DNA of 64,000 bases from a virus: positions 1 to 64,000 of IMG/VR virus record IMGVR_UViG_3300047554_000329. One strand, given 5' to 3'. The notes beneath the pieces were generated by a model. That model was given only the letters and a program-made list of their open reading frames with translations, made no database searches and had not been told where the DNA came from. Positions 31,001 to 41,088 of this stretch are shown here, one piece after another. Position 1 is the stretch's first letter, and each line of letters begins with the position of its first letter. The position numbers were made by a program, and so were the translations under genes.

Positions 31001-31988
31001 TTATCCACCATCATCAGTAGATAACCAAACTCTTGCACTAGATATTCATCTAGAGTTTCAGGTAGATGGAATTTTGTCTAATCCATTGTTCATTAGAGAG
31101 CTGCAAATTTCTTCAAAAGCACTAAACACATTTGAAAATCCAATTGACTCTAGACTAGGAACTAGTGCCTATCCATACGTTCTTGATGGAACAGAGTTTG
31201 ACTATAAAGCAAGTAATCCGATAAAGATTTATAAAGGAAAGACACCACATTTATATCTAACTGACGAGTCTGGAGTAGGACTGGTTGGAACTGCAACATC
31301 TGGAACAAGAGGAATTTACTTTAAGGTAAACAAGAAAGATGATTCCTTCTATAAGGTTAGTTCGATGAACATGGTTGTTAAATACCCAGGAACAGAGTTT
31401 CCAGCATCAGCTACAGAAATTTTTAACATAGAAGATAACGTAGTTGGAAAAATTTCTTTTTATGTAGTAGCAACAAATAGCGACGGTACAAGAGGAAAGA
31501 TTTATGCAGAAAAGGATGCTGCAGCATACTACAACGCAATCATCTTTGTTAATGGAAACAGAACAGGTCAGGCAGAGCTAAACATTGGTCAATGGAACAG
31601 TCTCGGAATATCATTTACAAGCATTCTAGATTTTGGTGGCACAGATGAAAAGAAGATTAATGTCCTAGACAAGCTACTAATAAACTCATTGTCATTCTTC
31701 CAGGTGTCAGATGAAGAATCTAACCAATCTGTTTCTATATCAACATGGAACGACATATCTGTTGATATTTGGGATGATTGGGATGCTACAACATGGTATG
31801 ACCTATTACTTACAGAAAGTGCTCCAAAGATTTATGGAATTAACCCAAAGGATATCTTCCAAATCTACACAGGAACACACAAAATTATTGCGTATTCTGA
31901 CAATGATGCAGTTATCCAGTTCACAGCAGACGGATATCGTGCATATTTGAACTATTCACCGTTAACTTATACCATCACTCCTGCATAA
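28014..31988 (+). CDS. Large virion protein with lectin/CBM-like regions
   Basis: 1324 aa; HPIALWSLDD start; Thr/Ser/Ala-rich segment beginning RTNLVKNP. Confidence 0.65.
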   Translation: MANPSNLYAERVFSEHPIALWSLDDNAGFASFISDANKDLTTWTKTGSGTVADFNNADFPYPILENDKTAQVSISGSASSITLTSAATFTSTQAETFSIGFYFYDNSQKITKIEVGYGASLFEVDLPKEGSYVTDRQWILVSKQITARVAAASSIIIKVTYDAPTGTQTFLINGVSIGNHSEEFNGSTTGQYPSTFPATVAKTTYAWSGTAQSSSSTATYLDGTTRTNLVKNPIPSTSTAVSPQENWSVINRGTGGAGTTTLTAAGASDIVTTAASTTAYSFGISGTTNAQRIQVTAGQTYAVSFYATSSINDVRRIAATFYNSAGTSLGEFPIATFTMTAGVEVRLYGTVTAPANAVSMRFYAGATTGSVIRTLNSTMIWHSALAEETSTIGTYFDGSTNHTVISADSYGYANYDGYYVVKNGKLLASNSGMPMVYGASNATSCFYQDDEGDPSLILPAAGFLHSNGNGNSLSLEAWLRIVSTATTEKRIFGPIGSTDGLYVSGPFLMLRIDSNYGMHYVGEWGRPMLININVFDNGANLLVNGETAISLSFAKDDIAFSEDDTEDFIGFYAHSDIPRIDVDCVGIYPYVVPQEVAKRRYIYGQGIEFPEELNKAYNGESFLVDYSFANYSNNSVYPNTFKWSEALVENLAVVNNTLALPSYTKPTVFHESLTESEFLSALYTTNIADTGRSKNFFQFETGEEGYFIFESLEQIADKTSAIYGVFSRTESTTTEQVLIKIFDNNSGDYLKASLLNSNVVYSFYSGGVEVWTDTMAATISVGEDFVCGFSIKQMAENNSVEGLSRFLSNSRNLKVYIAGGDTTSSAGKISLTHTFDGYIYSVGFSSPRNYNKISSYFDSTSGVIENVDTGATVTALLDHYASYTLIAKIIAEQLVIDIAIDGYWQDYIPLSTLSKYILNSSSEQEYDIDYIQFNIDYPKAVDTSSSIVRSYLSFQTIASGANSIPGTKVALASDNAVIADASWATKMYEVVNGDVIYPPSSVDNQTLALDIHLEFQVDGILSNPLFIRELQISSKALNTFENPIDSRLGTSAYPYVLDGTEFDYKASNPIKIYKGKTPHLYLTDESGVGLVGTATSGTRGIYFKVNKKDDSFYKVSSMNMVVKYPGTEFPASATEIFNIEDNVVGKISFYVVATNSDGTRGKIYAEKDAAAYYNAIIFVNGNRTGQAELNIGQWNSLGISFTSILDFGGTDEKKINVLDKLLINSLSFFQVSDEESNQSVSISTWNDISVDIWDDWDATTWYDLLLTESAPKIYGINPKDIFQIYTGTHKIIAYSDNDAVIQFTADGYRAYLNYSPLTYTITPA

Positions 31989-32006
31989 TATGGTATACTA
32001 GTGGTT

Positions 32007-32387
32007 ATGAAACAAGAAAAACTAGACCCAGTTGAGCAAGCCCTGAGCAAAGCTCGCATCCAAGTAATTGAAAAGCATTACGATTGGGGGCTTTATGTCT
32101 GGATTCGTGAGAATGGAAAACCATTTACTGACGACGATGGTAACATTTTAAACATTCCATCAAAGAAAAATGACGAGTCTCAGATTGCAAAACTTAAAGA
32201 TGCTGCAACATATTATGGAGAGCCTAACGGTCACCCAATTTTTTACCCTGGTCTTGGAAGAATTACAGACGAGGAACACAGCGAGCAAATTGACAGAATG
32301 AAGCAGGGTCTTATTCCTAACCTTAATGACCTAGGTGCTGTTCACGCTGCCAAGCAGACAATCGCACTTTACGGAGATGAAGAATAA
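32007..32387 (+). CDS. Hypothetical protein upstream of portal
   Basis: ATG 7 nt after TGGTATACT; coupled to portal. Confidence 0.7.
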   Translation: MKQEKLDPVEQALSKARIQVIEKHYDWGLYVWIRENGKPFTDDDGNILNIPSKKNDESQIAKLKDAATYYGEPNGHPIFYPGLGRITDEEHSEQIDRMKQGLIPNLNDLGAVHAAKQTIALYGDEE

Positions 32388-33985
32388 TGGAAGAATACAT
32401 TATTGGTGCTTCGCTGCCAGAATTTGATGCAGAAGAAGACCTGTTTAAAAAGCAAGACCCATTTGTAAAATCGTGGGATGACCTAAAGGGTCTAAACGGT
32501 CTTGACATCAACTTTAAGAGACGTTCAACACGTCAGCTATCTAAGGCAGACGTAACTAGCGATGCCTATCTTGACAGTGCTATGGCTGTTAGTGCAGGTA
32601 TCAATGGAGCAAAGTCTAAGGAGCTAAATCCTGGCAAAATCTTTAAGAATGGCTACGGACTATTTGACGTAATCACTCCACCATGGAATCTATACGAACT
32701 TGCAAACTACTACGACACATCATTTGCTAATCACGCTGCCATTGATGCCAAGGTAGAGAACATTGTTGGTCTTGGTTATGACTTCCACGTCACAGATAGA
32801 ACTGCTATGCGTCTAGAAGGAATGGAAGACCAGGCAGCCATCAAGCGAGCACGTAGCAGGGTAGAACGTGCCAAGGTAGAACTAAAAGACTGGCTAGAAA
32901 CTCTAAACGACGAAGATTCATTCACACACACCATGATGAAGATTTATACAGACCTTCAGGCAACTGGTAATGGATATATGGAAATTGGTAGAACTGTTAC
33001 TGGAGAAATTGGTTACGTTGGTCACATTCCAACCACCACCATGCGTGTACGCAGACTAAAGGATGGGTATGTTCAGATTATTGGCGAGAAGGTTGTTTAC
33101 TTCCGTAACTTTGGTGCAAAGAATCCAAATCCAATTACGTCTGACCAGAGACCAAACGAGATTATTCACTTCAAGGAATACTCACCACTAAACACCTACT
33201 ATGGTGTTCCAGACATCATCTCAGCAATTACAGCATTGCAGGGAGACCAGCTAGCATCGCAATATAACATTGACTACTTTGGCAACAAAGCTGTTCCACG
33301 TTATGTTGTAACTCTAAAGGGTGCAAAGCTATCGTCAGATGCAGAAGATAAGATGTTTAGATTCTTGCAGACCAGCCTAAAGGGTCAGTCACACAGAACT
33401 CTTTACATTCCACTTCCAGGAGACTCAGATACTAACAAGGTTGAGTTTAAGATGGAACCAATTGAAAATGGCGTACAGGAGGCATCATTCAATGAATATA
33501 GAGTTCGTAACCGTGACGACATCTTGGTTGCTCACCAAGTTCCACTCTCCAAGATTGGTGGCGGTGATGCAGCATCTATTGCAGCTGCCCTAGCACAGGA
33601 CCGCACGTTTAAGGAGCAGGTAGCAAGACCAGCACAAAGAAACGTAGAAAAACTTATCAATAGAATCATCAAAGAGAAGACCGACATTCTTGAACTCAAG
33701 TTTAACGAGCTTACTCTTACAGATGAGATTGCACAGTCGCAGATTCTTGAGCGTTATGTCAAGACTCAGATTATGGTTCCAAACGAAGCTCGTGAAATTC
33801 TTGGTCTGCCACAAAGACCAGATGGCGACGAGGCATTTCAGATGACACCAAGACAAGCAACTGACGCTCGTGCTAACATGGCAGATAACCGCCAGCGTGA
33901 TACAGAGCGAGCAAACAATGCATCTGACAGCACTGCAACCACCACTGGACGAAACGCCCAGGGTGAGGGTAGAGCAGTACAATAA
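32387..33985 (+). CDS. Portal protein
   Basis: ATGNGYMEI, NEIIHFK..SPLNTYYGVP, YFGNKAVP, NEAREILGLP. Confidence 0.92.
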   Translation: MEEYIIGASLPEFDAEEDLFKKQDPFVKSWDDLKGLNGLDINFKRRSTRQLSKADVTSDAYLDSAMAVSAGINGAKSKELNPGKIFKNGYGLFDVITPPWNLYELANYYDTSFANHAAIDAKVENIVGLGYDFHVTDRTAMRLEGMEDQAAIKRARSRVERAKVELKDWLETLNDEDSFTHTMMKIYTDLQATGNGYMEIGRTVTGEIGYVGHIPTTTMRVRRLKDGYVQIIGEKVVYFRNFGAKNPNPITSDQRPNEIIHFKEYSPLNTYYGVPDIISAITALQGDQLASQYNIDYFGNKAVPRYVVTLKGAKLSSDAEDKMFRFLQTSLKGQSHRTLYIPLPGDSDTNKVEFKMEPIENGVQEASFNEYRVRNRDDILVAHQVPLSKIGGGDAASIAAALAQDRTFKEQVARPAQRNVEKLINRIIKEKTDILELKFNELTLTDEIAQSQILERYVKTQIMVPNEAREILGLPQRPDGDEAFQMTPRQATDARANMADNRQRDTERANNASDSTATTTGRNAQGEGRAVQ

Positions 33986-34042
33986 AAAGTATGTTACAAT
34001 AGAGTAACAATACTTATAAAAAGGGTATATAATTAAGGTAAT

Positions 34043-35305
34043 ATGACTATTCAAAAAGCTCATTGGAACACTGAAGGCGACAACGTTCGTCTATCAATGC
34101 CATTTAACAAGGTAGATAAAGAGAGACGTATCGTCTCTGGATTTGCTACACTTGACAATCTAGATAAGCAAAATGATATTGTCACTCCAGAAGCATCTCT
34201 AAATGCTTTCTCAAAATTCCGTGGAAACATTCGTGAAATGCACCAGCCTCTTGCTGTTGGCAAAATGGTTTCCTTTAAAGAAGACAAGTTCTTCGACCCA
34301 GAGACAAAGAAGATGTACTCTGGTATTTACGTTTCAGCCTACGTATCCAAGGGTGCTCAAGACACCTGGGAAAAGGTTTTGGATGGAACCCTTTCGGGTT
34401 TCTCAATTGGTGGTAAGATGAACAAGTGGGACGATGGCTACGATGAGAAGATGGACTCCAAGGTTAGAATTATTAAAGACTATGACCTTGTTGAGCTTTC
34501 TCTTGTAGATACCCCAGCCAACCAATTTGCAAATATTCTTTCTGTTGAAAAAGTTGACGGTGTTGATGTTGTTAAAGGCATGGACACAGTTATCGAAAAC
34601 GTGTTCTGGGACTCTGAGTCTGGACTAGTTCTGCTTTCTGAAAATGAAACAGAGATTAGCCCAACTTCAGGTGTGCCTATGCAGAACATTGGCTTCGTTG
34701 AAAAATCAGACAACGAAAAAACAGAAATGCTAAAGTTCTTAGTTGATAGTGCTAAAGGCATTAAAACTTCTAAGATAACAAAGGAGGAAAGTCCTATGAC
34801 TGACGCAACAAATGAAGTGGTTGAAGAGACCACAGTTGAGACAGTAGAGGTTGCTCCAGAGGCAGATGCCGTAGTTGAAGAAGCAGTATCAGAAGAGGTT
34901 ACAGAAGAGGCTCCAGTAGTCGAAGAAGTAACAGAAGAAGCTCCTGCAGAAGAAGCTGAAGAGGTATCTCCAGCAGACGATGAAACCGAAAAGACACTAG
35001 TTGTTAACGCAGTTTCAGAAATCAAGGATACTCTAACATCAGCCTTTAGCGACCTTGCATCAATCGTAAAGAGCCTACAGGCTCAGGTTGATGAACTCAA
35101 CAAATCAATTGATTCCGTAAAAACTGAGGTAAAGGAATCAAAGGATGTATTTAACGAATTTGGAAAGAGAGTTGACGCTGTTGAAGCTGATACTGCTTTC
35201 CGCAAGTCTGGCGACATCGGTGATGTCGTACAGTTTGAACCAGAACAGGTTCAGAAATCCCTATGGGACGGTCGTTTCCTCAAAACAACCGATTTATTCA
35301 AATAA
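34043..35305 (+). CDS. Prohead protease fused to acidic scaffold
   Basis: IREMHQ, GFSIGG, ELSLVDTPAN; Glu-rich and coiled-coil C-terminal half. Confidence 0.9.
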   Translation: MTIQKAHWNTEGDNVRLSMPFNKVDKERRIVSGFATLDNLDKQNDIVTPEASLNAFSKFRGNIREMHQPLAVGKMVSFKEDKFFDPETKKMYSGIYVSAYVSKGAQDTWEKVLDGTLSGFSIGGKMNKWDDGYDEKMDSKVRIIKDYDLVELSLVDTPANQFANILSVEKVDGVDVVKGMDTVIENVFWDSESGLVLLSENETEISPTSGVPMQNIGFVEKSDNEKTEMLKFLVDSAKGIKTSKITKEESPMTDATNEVVEETTVETVEVAPEADAVVEEAVSEEVTEEAPVVEEVTEEAPAEEAEEVSPADDETEKTLVVNAVSEIKDTLTSAFSDLASIVKSLQAQVDELNKSIDSVKTEVKESKDVFNEFGKRVDAVEADTAFRKSGDIGDVVQFEPEQVQKSLWDGRFLKTTDLFK

Positions 35306-35327
35306 AAATCACTAGGAGGTGACAATT

Positions 35328-36422
35328 ATGTCGGAAGAAATTATTAAAAACTATCCAGGAGCAGGTGCTAACGAGGTTAACTCGGAAGGTGCTTTCGCTT
35401 CAGGTGGCATTGGTGGCGTTACTAACCCAGGAGCTTCAACTCTCGGAAACGTCCCAACTGCTGAATTTGGTGTACTAACTGGTCCTAACGCTGTAACCCC
35501 TAGTGGTTCTGCTGCTAGCGGTATTCTACGTCCTGAACAGGCTCGTAGATTTATCGATTATGTCTGGGACGGTACAGTCCTAGCCAAGGACGGTCGCCGT
35601 GTAACAATGCGAGCCAACACAATGGAACTTGAAAAGGTTAACGTTGGTGAGCGTGTTATTCGTGCTGCTAACCAGGGTGATGCAACATACACCAACGCTG
35701 GTGCTACATTCTCTAAGGTCGAACTTACTACAAAGAAGATTCGTCTTGACTGGGAAGTATCAGCTGAGGCTCTAGAAGACAACGTTGAAGGTGCTGCTCT
35801 TGAAGACCACCTAGTCCGTCTAATGACAAACGCATTTGCGAATGACATTGAGGACCTAGCAATCAACGGTACTGGTACAGGGGTGAACAACTTCCTTAAC
35901 ATTATGGAAGGTTTCGTAAGCCGTACCAAGACCGATGGATACGCACACGAATACGTTGCTACTATCGCTAACAACGCATTTACACCAGAGGTTCTACAGC
36001 AAGTTGTAGACCGTCTACCTCGTAAGTACCGTGCTCTAAAGAATGGTCTGAAGTTCTACGCAGGAACCTCAGCATTCCAGGGCATCGTAAGAAACCACGG
36101 AACTGCTTCGAACAACATTTGGACAGAGCAGTACCGCAACTCTTACCTAGCTGGTACTGACCAGGTAATTGGTGAGGCTCGTGCCACTCGTGTACTAGGT
36201 ATTCCTGTTATGGAAGTACCTTACTACCCAGAAGGCTTCGTAGACCTAACCTTCCCAAGCAACCGCATTTGGGGTTTCCAGAGAGACATCACTGTAAACC
36301 GTGAGTACGTTGCAAAGAAGGACACCATCGAATACACCGTCTTCGTACGTTTTGGTATTCAGTGGGAAGAGCAGGACGCTATCGCATACGTTGACAGCGA
36401 CTCTGTTGACTCAAGCCTATAA
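35328..36422 (+). CDS. Major capsid protein (HK97 fold)
   Basis: Position after protease; AGGAGG RBS; GILRPEQARRFID, FANDIEDLAINGTG. Confidence 0.9.
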   Translation: MSEEIIKNYPGAGANEVNSEGAFASGGIGGVTNPGASTLGNVPTAEFGVLTGPNAVTPSGSAASGILRPEQARRFIDYVWDGTVLAKDGRRVTMRANTMELEKVNVGERVIRAANQGDATYTNAGATFSKVELTTKKIRLDWEVSAEALEDNVEGAALEDHLVRLMTNAFANDIEDLAINGTGTGVNNFLNIMEGFVSRTKTDGYAHEYVATIANNAFTPEVLQQVVDRLPRKYRALKNGLKFYAGTSAFQGIVRNHGTASNNIWTEQYRNSYLAGTDQVIGEARATRVLGIPVMEVPYYPEGFVDLTFPSNRIWGFQRDITVNREYVAKKDTIEYTVFVRFGIQWEEQDAIAYVDSDSVDSSL

Positions 36423-36444
36423 TCTTGAGTTGCCCAACTTGGAG

Positions 36445-36475
36445 GGGGTAGGAGCTTCGGCTTCTACCCCTTTCT
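36445..36475 (+). terminator. Terminator after capsid gene
   Basis: GGGGTAGGAGC-TTCG-GCTTCTACCCC followed by TTT. Confidence 0.8.
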
Positions 36476-36511
36476 ACTTTTTATCTGCTATAATGTAAAT
36501 TGGAGGAAATC

Positions 36512-36952
36512 ATGTCAAATGAAACACTAAACGAGTCTACGACAGAAATTACAGTAGACGCAACAGAAGCAACTGAAGTTGCAGTAGATGATGTACAGGT
36601 AAGCCTAGAGGTAACCGCATCAGGAACAAAAGCTGGTATTGAAACAAATGAGGCTGGTGTAATTGCATCGCCATCAAAGAAAAAAGGTAAGCCAGGACCA
36701 TCAGTAGTAGTCGTAAATGGAGCTATTGGTTCTCCAGGAGCAGAGCGTAAAGACGCTCCCAAAGTCGTGGCAGAGCCAAAGAAAAAGGAAACAGTTGCAC
36801 TATTCTCAACAAAGAACGTTTATTGGGAAAACGTTGGAGAGATTAAGCGTGGCTACAACTTTGTAACACCAGAACAAGCTAAGTATTGGCTAAAGAGAAC
36901 CCACGTTCGTGAAGCTACCGCAGCAGAAATCAAAGAGGCGTTGAACAATTAG
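36512..36952 (+). CDS. Head-associated hypothetical protein
   Basis: GGAGG RBS, extended -10 at 36486. Confidence 0.7.
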   Translation: MSNETLNESTTEITVDATEATEVAVDDVQVSLEVTASGTKAGIETNEAGVIASPSKKKGKPGPSVVVVNGAIGSPGAERKDAPKVVAEPKKKETVALFSTKNVYWENVGEIKRGYNFVTPEQAKYWLKRTHVREATAAEIKEALNN

Positions 36953-37875
36953 TGGAGATTCTTAGAGTAGATACAGCAACAACACCATTTCAGCTGGGGA
37001 CACAGAAGTTCCAGTTCCCAATCGTTGTTGATGGGTATGCCAGTACAGCAGTAACAGTAAATGTTACAGACCTTTCAGATTCCACTCTTGTAATGGATGC
37101 TGTACAAGCTACCACTACTTCTGCATCAAAGCTAACTATCTCAGTGCCACTAAAGTATGACGCTGATTACAAAATTCAGGTCTATAACACTCATGGGGCA
37201 GTTGCAGCAGCCAACCTAGTCTACGAGGACTTCTACGAGGTCCGTAGACCCTATGTAGACCCAAATACAAAGGCTACTACAGCTACAGACATTGCTGCTT
37301 ACGCAGCTAACGAACAGCTGGCTAGAGCAATCATTGACTCAATCGTAACTGATGGATTTTACTACAAGAAGAAGGCTATTCTTGCAATCGGCAACGGTAG
37401 CGACTTTATCCCAGTATGGGACAACGTAAAGAGTATTCTTTCTGTGTACGAAAATAACGTTTTGGTAACAGCCAAGACATTTGAGCTTACCAGAGATGGC
37501 TCTGCAATTACTCAGGTATACACAGGAGAACTAAATAGAAGCGAGTCAGCACCAGTATTGCTACCAGCATCTAGCTCTGACTATACAGAGTTAATCTATG
37601 GATATACTGGTTTTCCAAGAGAGTATGACTATAAGATTATTGCTGAAGTTGGATATCTAAATATTCCAGCAGATATCAAGAAGGCTACAGAGCTACTTAT
37701 TGACGACATTAACTGCGGAAGACTTGACTACTACAAGAGATACATTGGCTCGTACAACACAGACCAGTTTAGAATTCAGTTTGACAAGGCAGTATTTGAG
37801 GGAACTGGAAATATTCTAGTAGACAAGATTCTAGAAAAATATAAGAAGCCAGTGACACGTCCAGGAGTGTTGTAA
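36952..37875 (+). CDS. Head-tail adaptor
   Basis: Synteny; GYLNIPADIKKATELL, ILVDKILEKY. Confidence 0.7.
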   Translation: MEILRVDTATTPFQLGTQKFQFPIVVDGYASTAVTVNVTDLSDSTLVMDAVQATTTSASKLTISVPLKYDADYKIQVYNTHGAVAAANLVYEDFYEVRRPYVDPNTKATTATDIAAYAANEQLARAIIDSIVTDGFYYKKKAILAIGNGSDFIPVWDNVKSILSVYENNVLVTAKTFELTRDGSAITQVYTGELNRSESAPVLLPASSSDYTELIYGYTGFPREYDYKIIAEVGYLNIPADIKKATELLIDDINCGRLDYYKRYIGSYNTDQFRIQFDKAVFEGTGNILVDKILEKYKKPVTRPGVL

Positions 37876-37876
37876 A

Positions 37877-38326
37877 GTGGTCATATGCGAAACTCCAGAC
37901 TTTGCCTTCCCAATGCTTGCAGACGTTTACTATCCAATTGTTGAGCAGGGTGCTTATGGCGATGTCAAAAAAAACTGGGTACTAGATAAGACCATTGCCT
38001 GTCAGTTTAACACAGCAGGAACAGCAAACAAGGAAGAGCTTAGACCAGAAGTAAAACTAATTCAAGATAGTTCGCTAATCGGTAGGGTTAAGAGCGATAT
38101 CCGTTTTTCTAGTGAAGAACAAAAGAATGCTCTTACAAATATCGTAGTCACAAATATCCGTGACAAGAATGGCAATCTAATTTATTTAGAGGTATCTGGT
38201 CCACGTGCTGGTCAGCCAACAATCTTTGAGCTAGCAACCTTTGACCCATTTATGGGACCATTTGGAAACGTAGAGTACTACAAAATATTGCTAAGGCGTT
38301 CAGAGAATCAGGGAAGTGACCTATGA
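37877..38326 (+). CDS. Head closure / stopper protein
   Basis: Synteny and size. Confidence 0.6.
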   Translation: MVICETPDFAFPMLADVYYPIVEQGAYGDVKKNWVLDKTIACQFNTAGTANKEELRPEVKLIQDSSLIGRVKSDIRFSSEEQKNALTNIVVTNIRDKNGNLIYLEVSGPRAGQPTIFELATFDPFMGPFGNVEYYKILLRRSENQGSDL

Positions 38327-39003
38327 TAACTCTAACTATTGACTCTAATGAATTTTACCAAGACATGAAGAACATCATTGATTATTCGAATGGATTTCTT
38401 GAAGGAACACAAGCTGGAAAGAAAAAGTTTTTGGATGGTCTGGGACAAGACCTATCAGAGTTTCTAAAAAACTTTATAGACTCAAACGCAAGGGTAAATC
38501 CAGAAGTTCTTCACCACGTTTATGAGTGGCATCAGATTGGTCAGCCAGGTGCAAGACTATTTGACATCCAGTACACAGTATCAGACAGTGGGTTGTCTTT
38601 TTCTGGAACACTATCACAGTCTAAGTCAATTAAGAATGGCTCTACCGTTCCATTCTACAATAAGGCAAGCATCATGGAAAATGGCGTTCCAGTAACCATT
38701 AGACCAAAGAGAGGCAGAGTCCTAAGATTTGAGCAAGATGGGCAAGTCTATTACGTCTCTGGAAAAGTTTCTGTTCAAAATCCTGGTGGAGATTACGCCA
38801 AAGATGGATTTAGAAATGTGTTCGACTCATTCTTTAGCAACCCTGTAACTCAGTCTTTCTTGGAGTCTAGCGGTATCGCTAAGTATATTGAAACACCAGC
38901 AGTCTTTAAGAAGAACATTAGGGCTGGAAAAAATAGCGGTAGAGCAGTAGGCTTTGACACAGGATACAAGTGGATTGCTAACGCTGCAGGAGGAGTTCTA
39001 TAA
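38323..39003 (+). CDS. Neck / tail completion protein
   Basis: Synteny; TIRPKRGRVLRF motif. Confidence 0.6.
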   Translation: MITLTIDSNEFYQDMKNIIDYSNGFLEGTQAGKKKFLDGLGQDLSEFLKNFIDSNARVNPEVLHHVYEWHQIGQPGARLFDIQYTVSDSGLSFSGTLSQSKSIKNGSTVPFYNKASIMENGVPVTIRPKRGRVLRFEQDGQVYYVSGKVSVQNPGGDYAKDGFRNVFDSFFSNPVTQSFLESSGIAKYIETPAVFKKNIRAGKNSGRAVGFDTGYKWIANAAGGVL

Positions 39004-39533
39004 TGACAACAACATCAATTCTAAATACCCCAATGCTATGGGTTAACCACTACCTAAAAGAAAAGCTAGAGACACTAGGCTTTGACACGGTTCCATTCTT
39101 TCCAAGCACACCATCAACTATTGACAACCTGACATCATCATTTCCAGATGGTGGTATCATGTGTACTTACGACAGACTTATTCGTATGCGTAGAAAGGCA
39201 TTCCCACACATCAAGTGTGAGCAGGGGCTGTACTACTTCTATGCAACAGCAGAAAATTCAGTAGTCAATATGATTAAGATTACAGAAAAGGTTCTTAGGC
39301 TAATGGACCGTTCAGACGAAACAGCAGAAGAAGTAAATGAGTGGGCAAGGCAAAAAGGCTCAATCATTGTAAACGGAGAAACCATTGAGCCTAATTTTTA
39401 CTTCCACAATTTCAAGGTATATCAGCTTGAAGAGGTGAGAGACATTATTGATTTTGGTACTGCTAGAACATATGGCGGTAACAAGATTATTATTGAGTAT
39501 GACTACCATATGGTTGATAAAGACTTTATTTAA
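39003..39533 (+). CDS. Tail terminator candidate
   Basis: Synteny before tail tube. Confidence 0.55.
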   Translation: MTTTSILNTPMLWVNHYLKEKLETLGFDTVPFFPSTPSTIDNLTSSFPDGGIMCTYDRLIRMRRKAFPHIKCEQGLYYFYATAENSVVNMIKITEKVLRLMDRSDETAEEVNEWARQKGSIIVNGETIEPNFYFHNFKVYQLEEVRDIIDFGTARTYGGNKIIIEYDYHMVDKDFI

Positions 39534-39607
39534 TTCATAAAAGGTCGTTATACTTATATTGAGGAAACACCCCCATTAATTCCATAAGAATAAGAGGTGA
39601 AAAAATT

Positions 39608-40282
39608 ATGGCATATACACGTGGTTCAAGTGCCAACATTATTGTTGGTGCAGCAGCACTATTTGCTTTTGAGAACGGTGAAATGACCGATGCAGACCTT
39701 CCAACGTCTGCAACAGGAGTTTCGTACAAGACCACTCTAAGCACAGACACCGACTTCCGCAACGTTGGTTATACTTCAAACGGTATCGAACTAACCTTCG
39801 CTCCTGACTTTGGAGAAGTTTCTGTTGACCAGGTTCTTGACGTAGCTAAACTCTACAAGCAAGGAATGACAGTCAACCTAAACACCAGCTTCGCAGAAGC
39901 AACCATGGAGAACCTTCTTCTAGCCTTGGCTCGTCCAAGAACAGACGCTTTCGTTAGCGACCCAGGAGGAGCTCTTGGTGGAGAAGATACTCTAAACCTT
40001 TCAGCAGGTGAGCTGGGCGAATGTCCAGTCGAACGTGGATTGGTAGCAGTTGGTCCTGGTACAGGTGACTGCGAGATTGGTACAGGCATTGAGCGTATCT
40101 ATCTTGCATACCGTGCTCTTTCAATCGAAAGCGTAACCGTATCAGCAAAGCGTGACGAAGCGACAATGTTTGACGTTTCGTTCCGTCTACTTCCAAATGA
40201 CTCAGCGTCATACGGAAAGATTGTTGACAGAACTCTGGCTCTCGGTCAGAAGAATGGCAACTTCCCAGCATCATCAATCTAA
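39608..40282 (+). CDS. Major tail tube protein
   Basis: NIIVGAA, VGYTSNG, FAEATMENL, FDVSFRLL; followed by terminator. Confidence 0.85.
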   Translation: MAYTRGSSANIIVGAAALFAFENGEMTDADLPTSATGVSYKTTLSTDTDFRNVGYTSNGIELTFAPDFGEVSVDQVLDVAKLYKQGMTVNLNTSFAEATMENLLLALARPRTDAFVSDPGGALGGEDTLNLSAGELGECPVERGLVAVGPGTGDCEIGTGIERIYLAYRALSIESVTVSAKRDEATMFDVSFRLLPNDSASYGKIVDRTLALGQKNGNFPASSI

Positions 40283-40295
40283 TAACTTAATAGTT

Positions 40296-40332
40296 GAGAC
40301 TCCCCTTACTTCGGTAGGGGGAGTTTCTTTTT
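40296..40332 (+). terminator. Terminator after tail tube gene
   Basis: GAGACTCCCC...TTCG...GGGGAGTTTC followed by T run. Confidence 0.8.
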
Positions 40333-40347
40333 TGGTATACTAGATAG

Positions 40348-41049
40348 ATGGCTACTAAAATATACGAAAGTGCAATCATAGAAACTATCTATGGACAAAA
40401 GATTTATATTACTCCTCTTAAGATTAAATATCTTAGGCAGTTTATGGATGTATTCGATTCTGTAAAAACTGCACAAGATAGCGACGAACTGCTAAACCAC
40501 ATACTTGAGTGTGCGGTGGTAGCCATGCAACAGTATGCTCCAGAAATTAATAGTGTAGAAAAGATTGAGGATAGTTTTGATATCAAGACTATTTATAAAA
40601 TCTTAGATATTGCTGCTGGCATCAAGCTAGACCAAGAAAAAGAAGAAGGTCAAGAGGAAGAGGCAAAGCAGGTTAAAAAAGAAGACGTAAAGCAAAGTGC
40701 TACTTGGGACACAATGGACTTGGCTAAACTAGAGGCAGAGGTTTTTCAGCTAGGTATCTGGAAAGACTATGATGAGCTAGAGTGTTCTTTGTCAATGTCT
40801 GAAATAACAGCAACGCTTGAAGCAAAAAGAGAGCAAGACTATGCCGATAAAAAATTCTTTGCAGCAATCCAAGGCGTTGATTTGGATAAGCAATCAGGTA
40901 AGTCAAATGCTTGGGAAGAAATGAAAGCCAGGGTATTTAGTGGTGGAGCATCAAGCGACCCCAATGACATTCTTGCTCTACAGGGACACAATGCAGCTAA
41001 GGCAGGTTTTGGTATTGGTGCTGGATTATCCTACGAAAAATGGGACTAG
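40348..41049 (+). CDS. Tail assembly chaperone, long (G+T-like) form
   Basis: Between tail tube and TMP; N-terminal about 95 aa homologous to 41089-41403. Confidence 0.75.
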   Translation: MATKIYESAIIETIYGQKIYITPLKIKYLRQFMDVFDSVKTAQDSDELLNHILECAVVAMQQYAPEINSVEKIEDSFDIKTIYKILDIAAGIKLDQEKEEGQEEEAKQVKKEDVKQSATWDTMDLAKLEAEVFQLGIWKDYDELECSLSMSEITATLEAKREQDYADKKFFAAIQGVDLDKQSGKSNAWEEMKARVFSGGASSDPNDILALQGHNAAKAGFGIGAGLSYEKWD

Positions 41050-41088
41050 TATGTGCTATAATTTAATTACTAACCTATAGGAGGAACA

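Noticed and set aside
32007-33985. Terminase genes next to the portal
   Set aside because: No ATPase/nuclease terminase motifs in the window; presumably encoded elsewhere in the genome.
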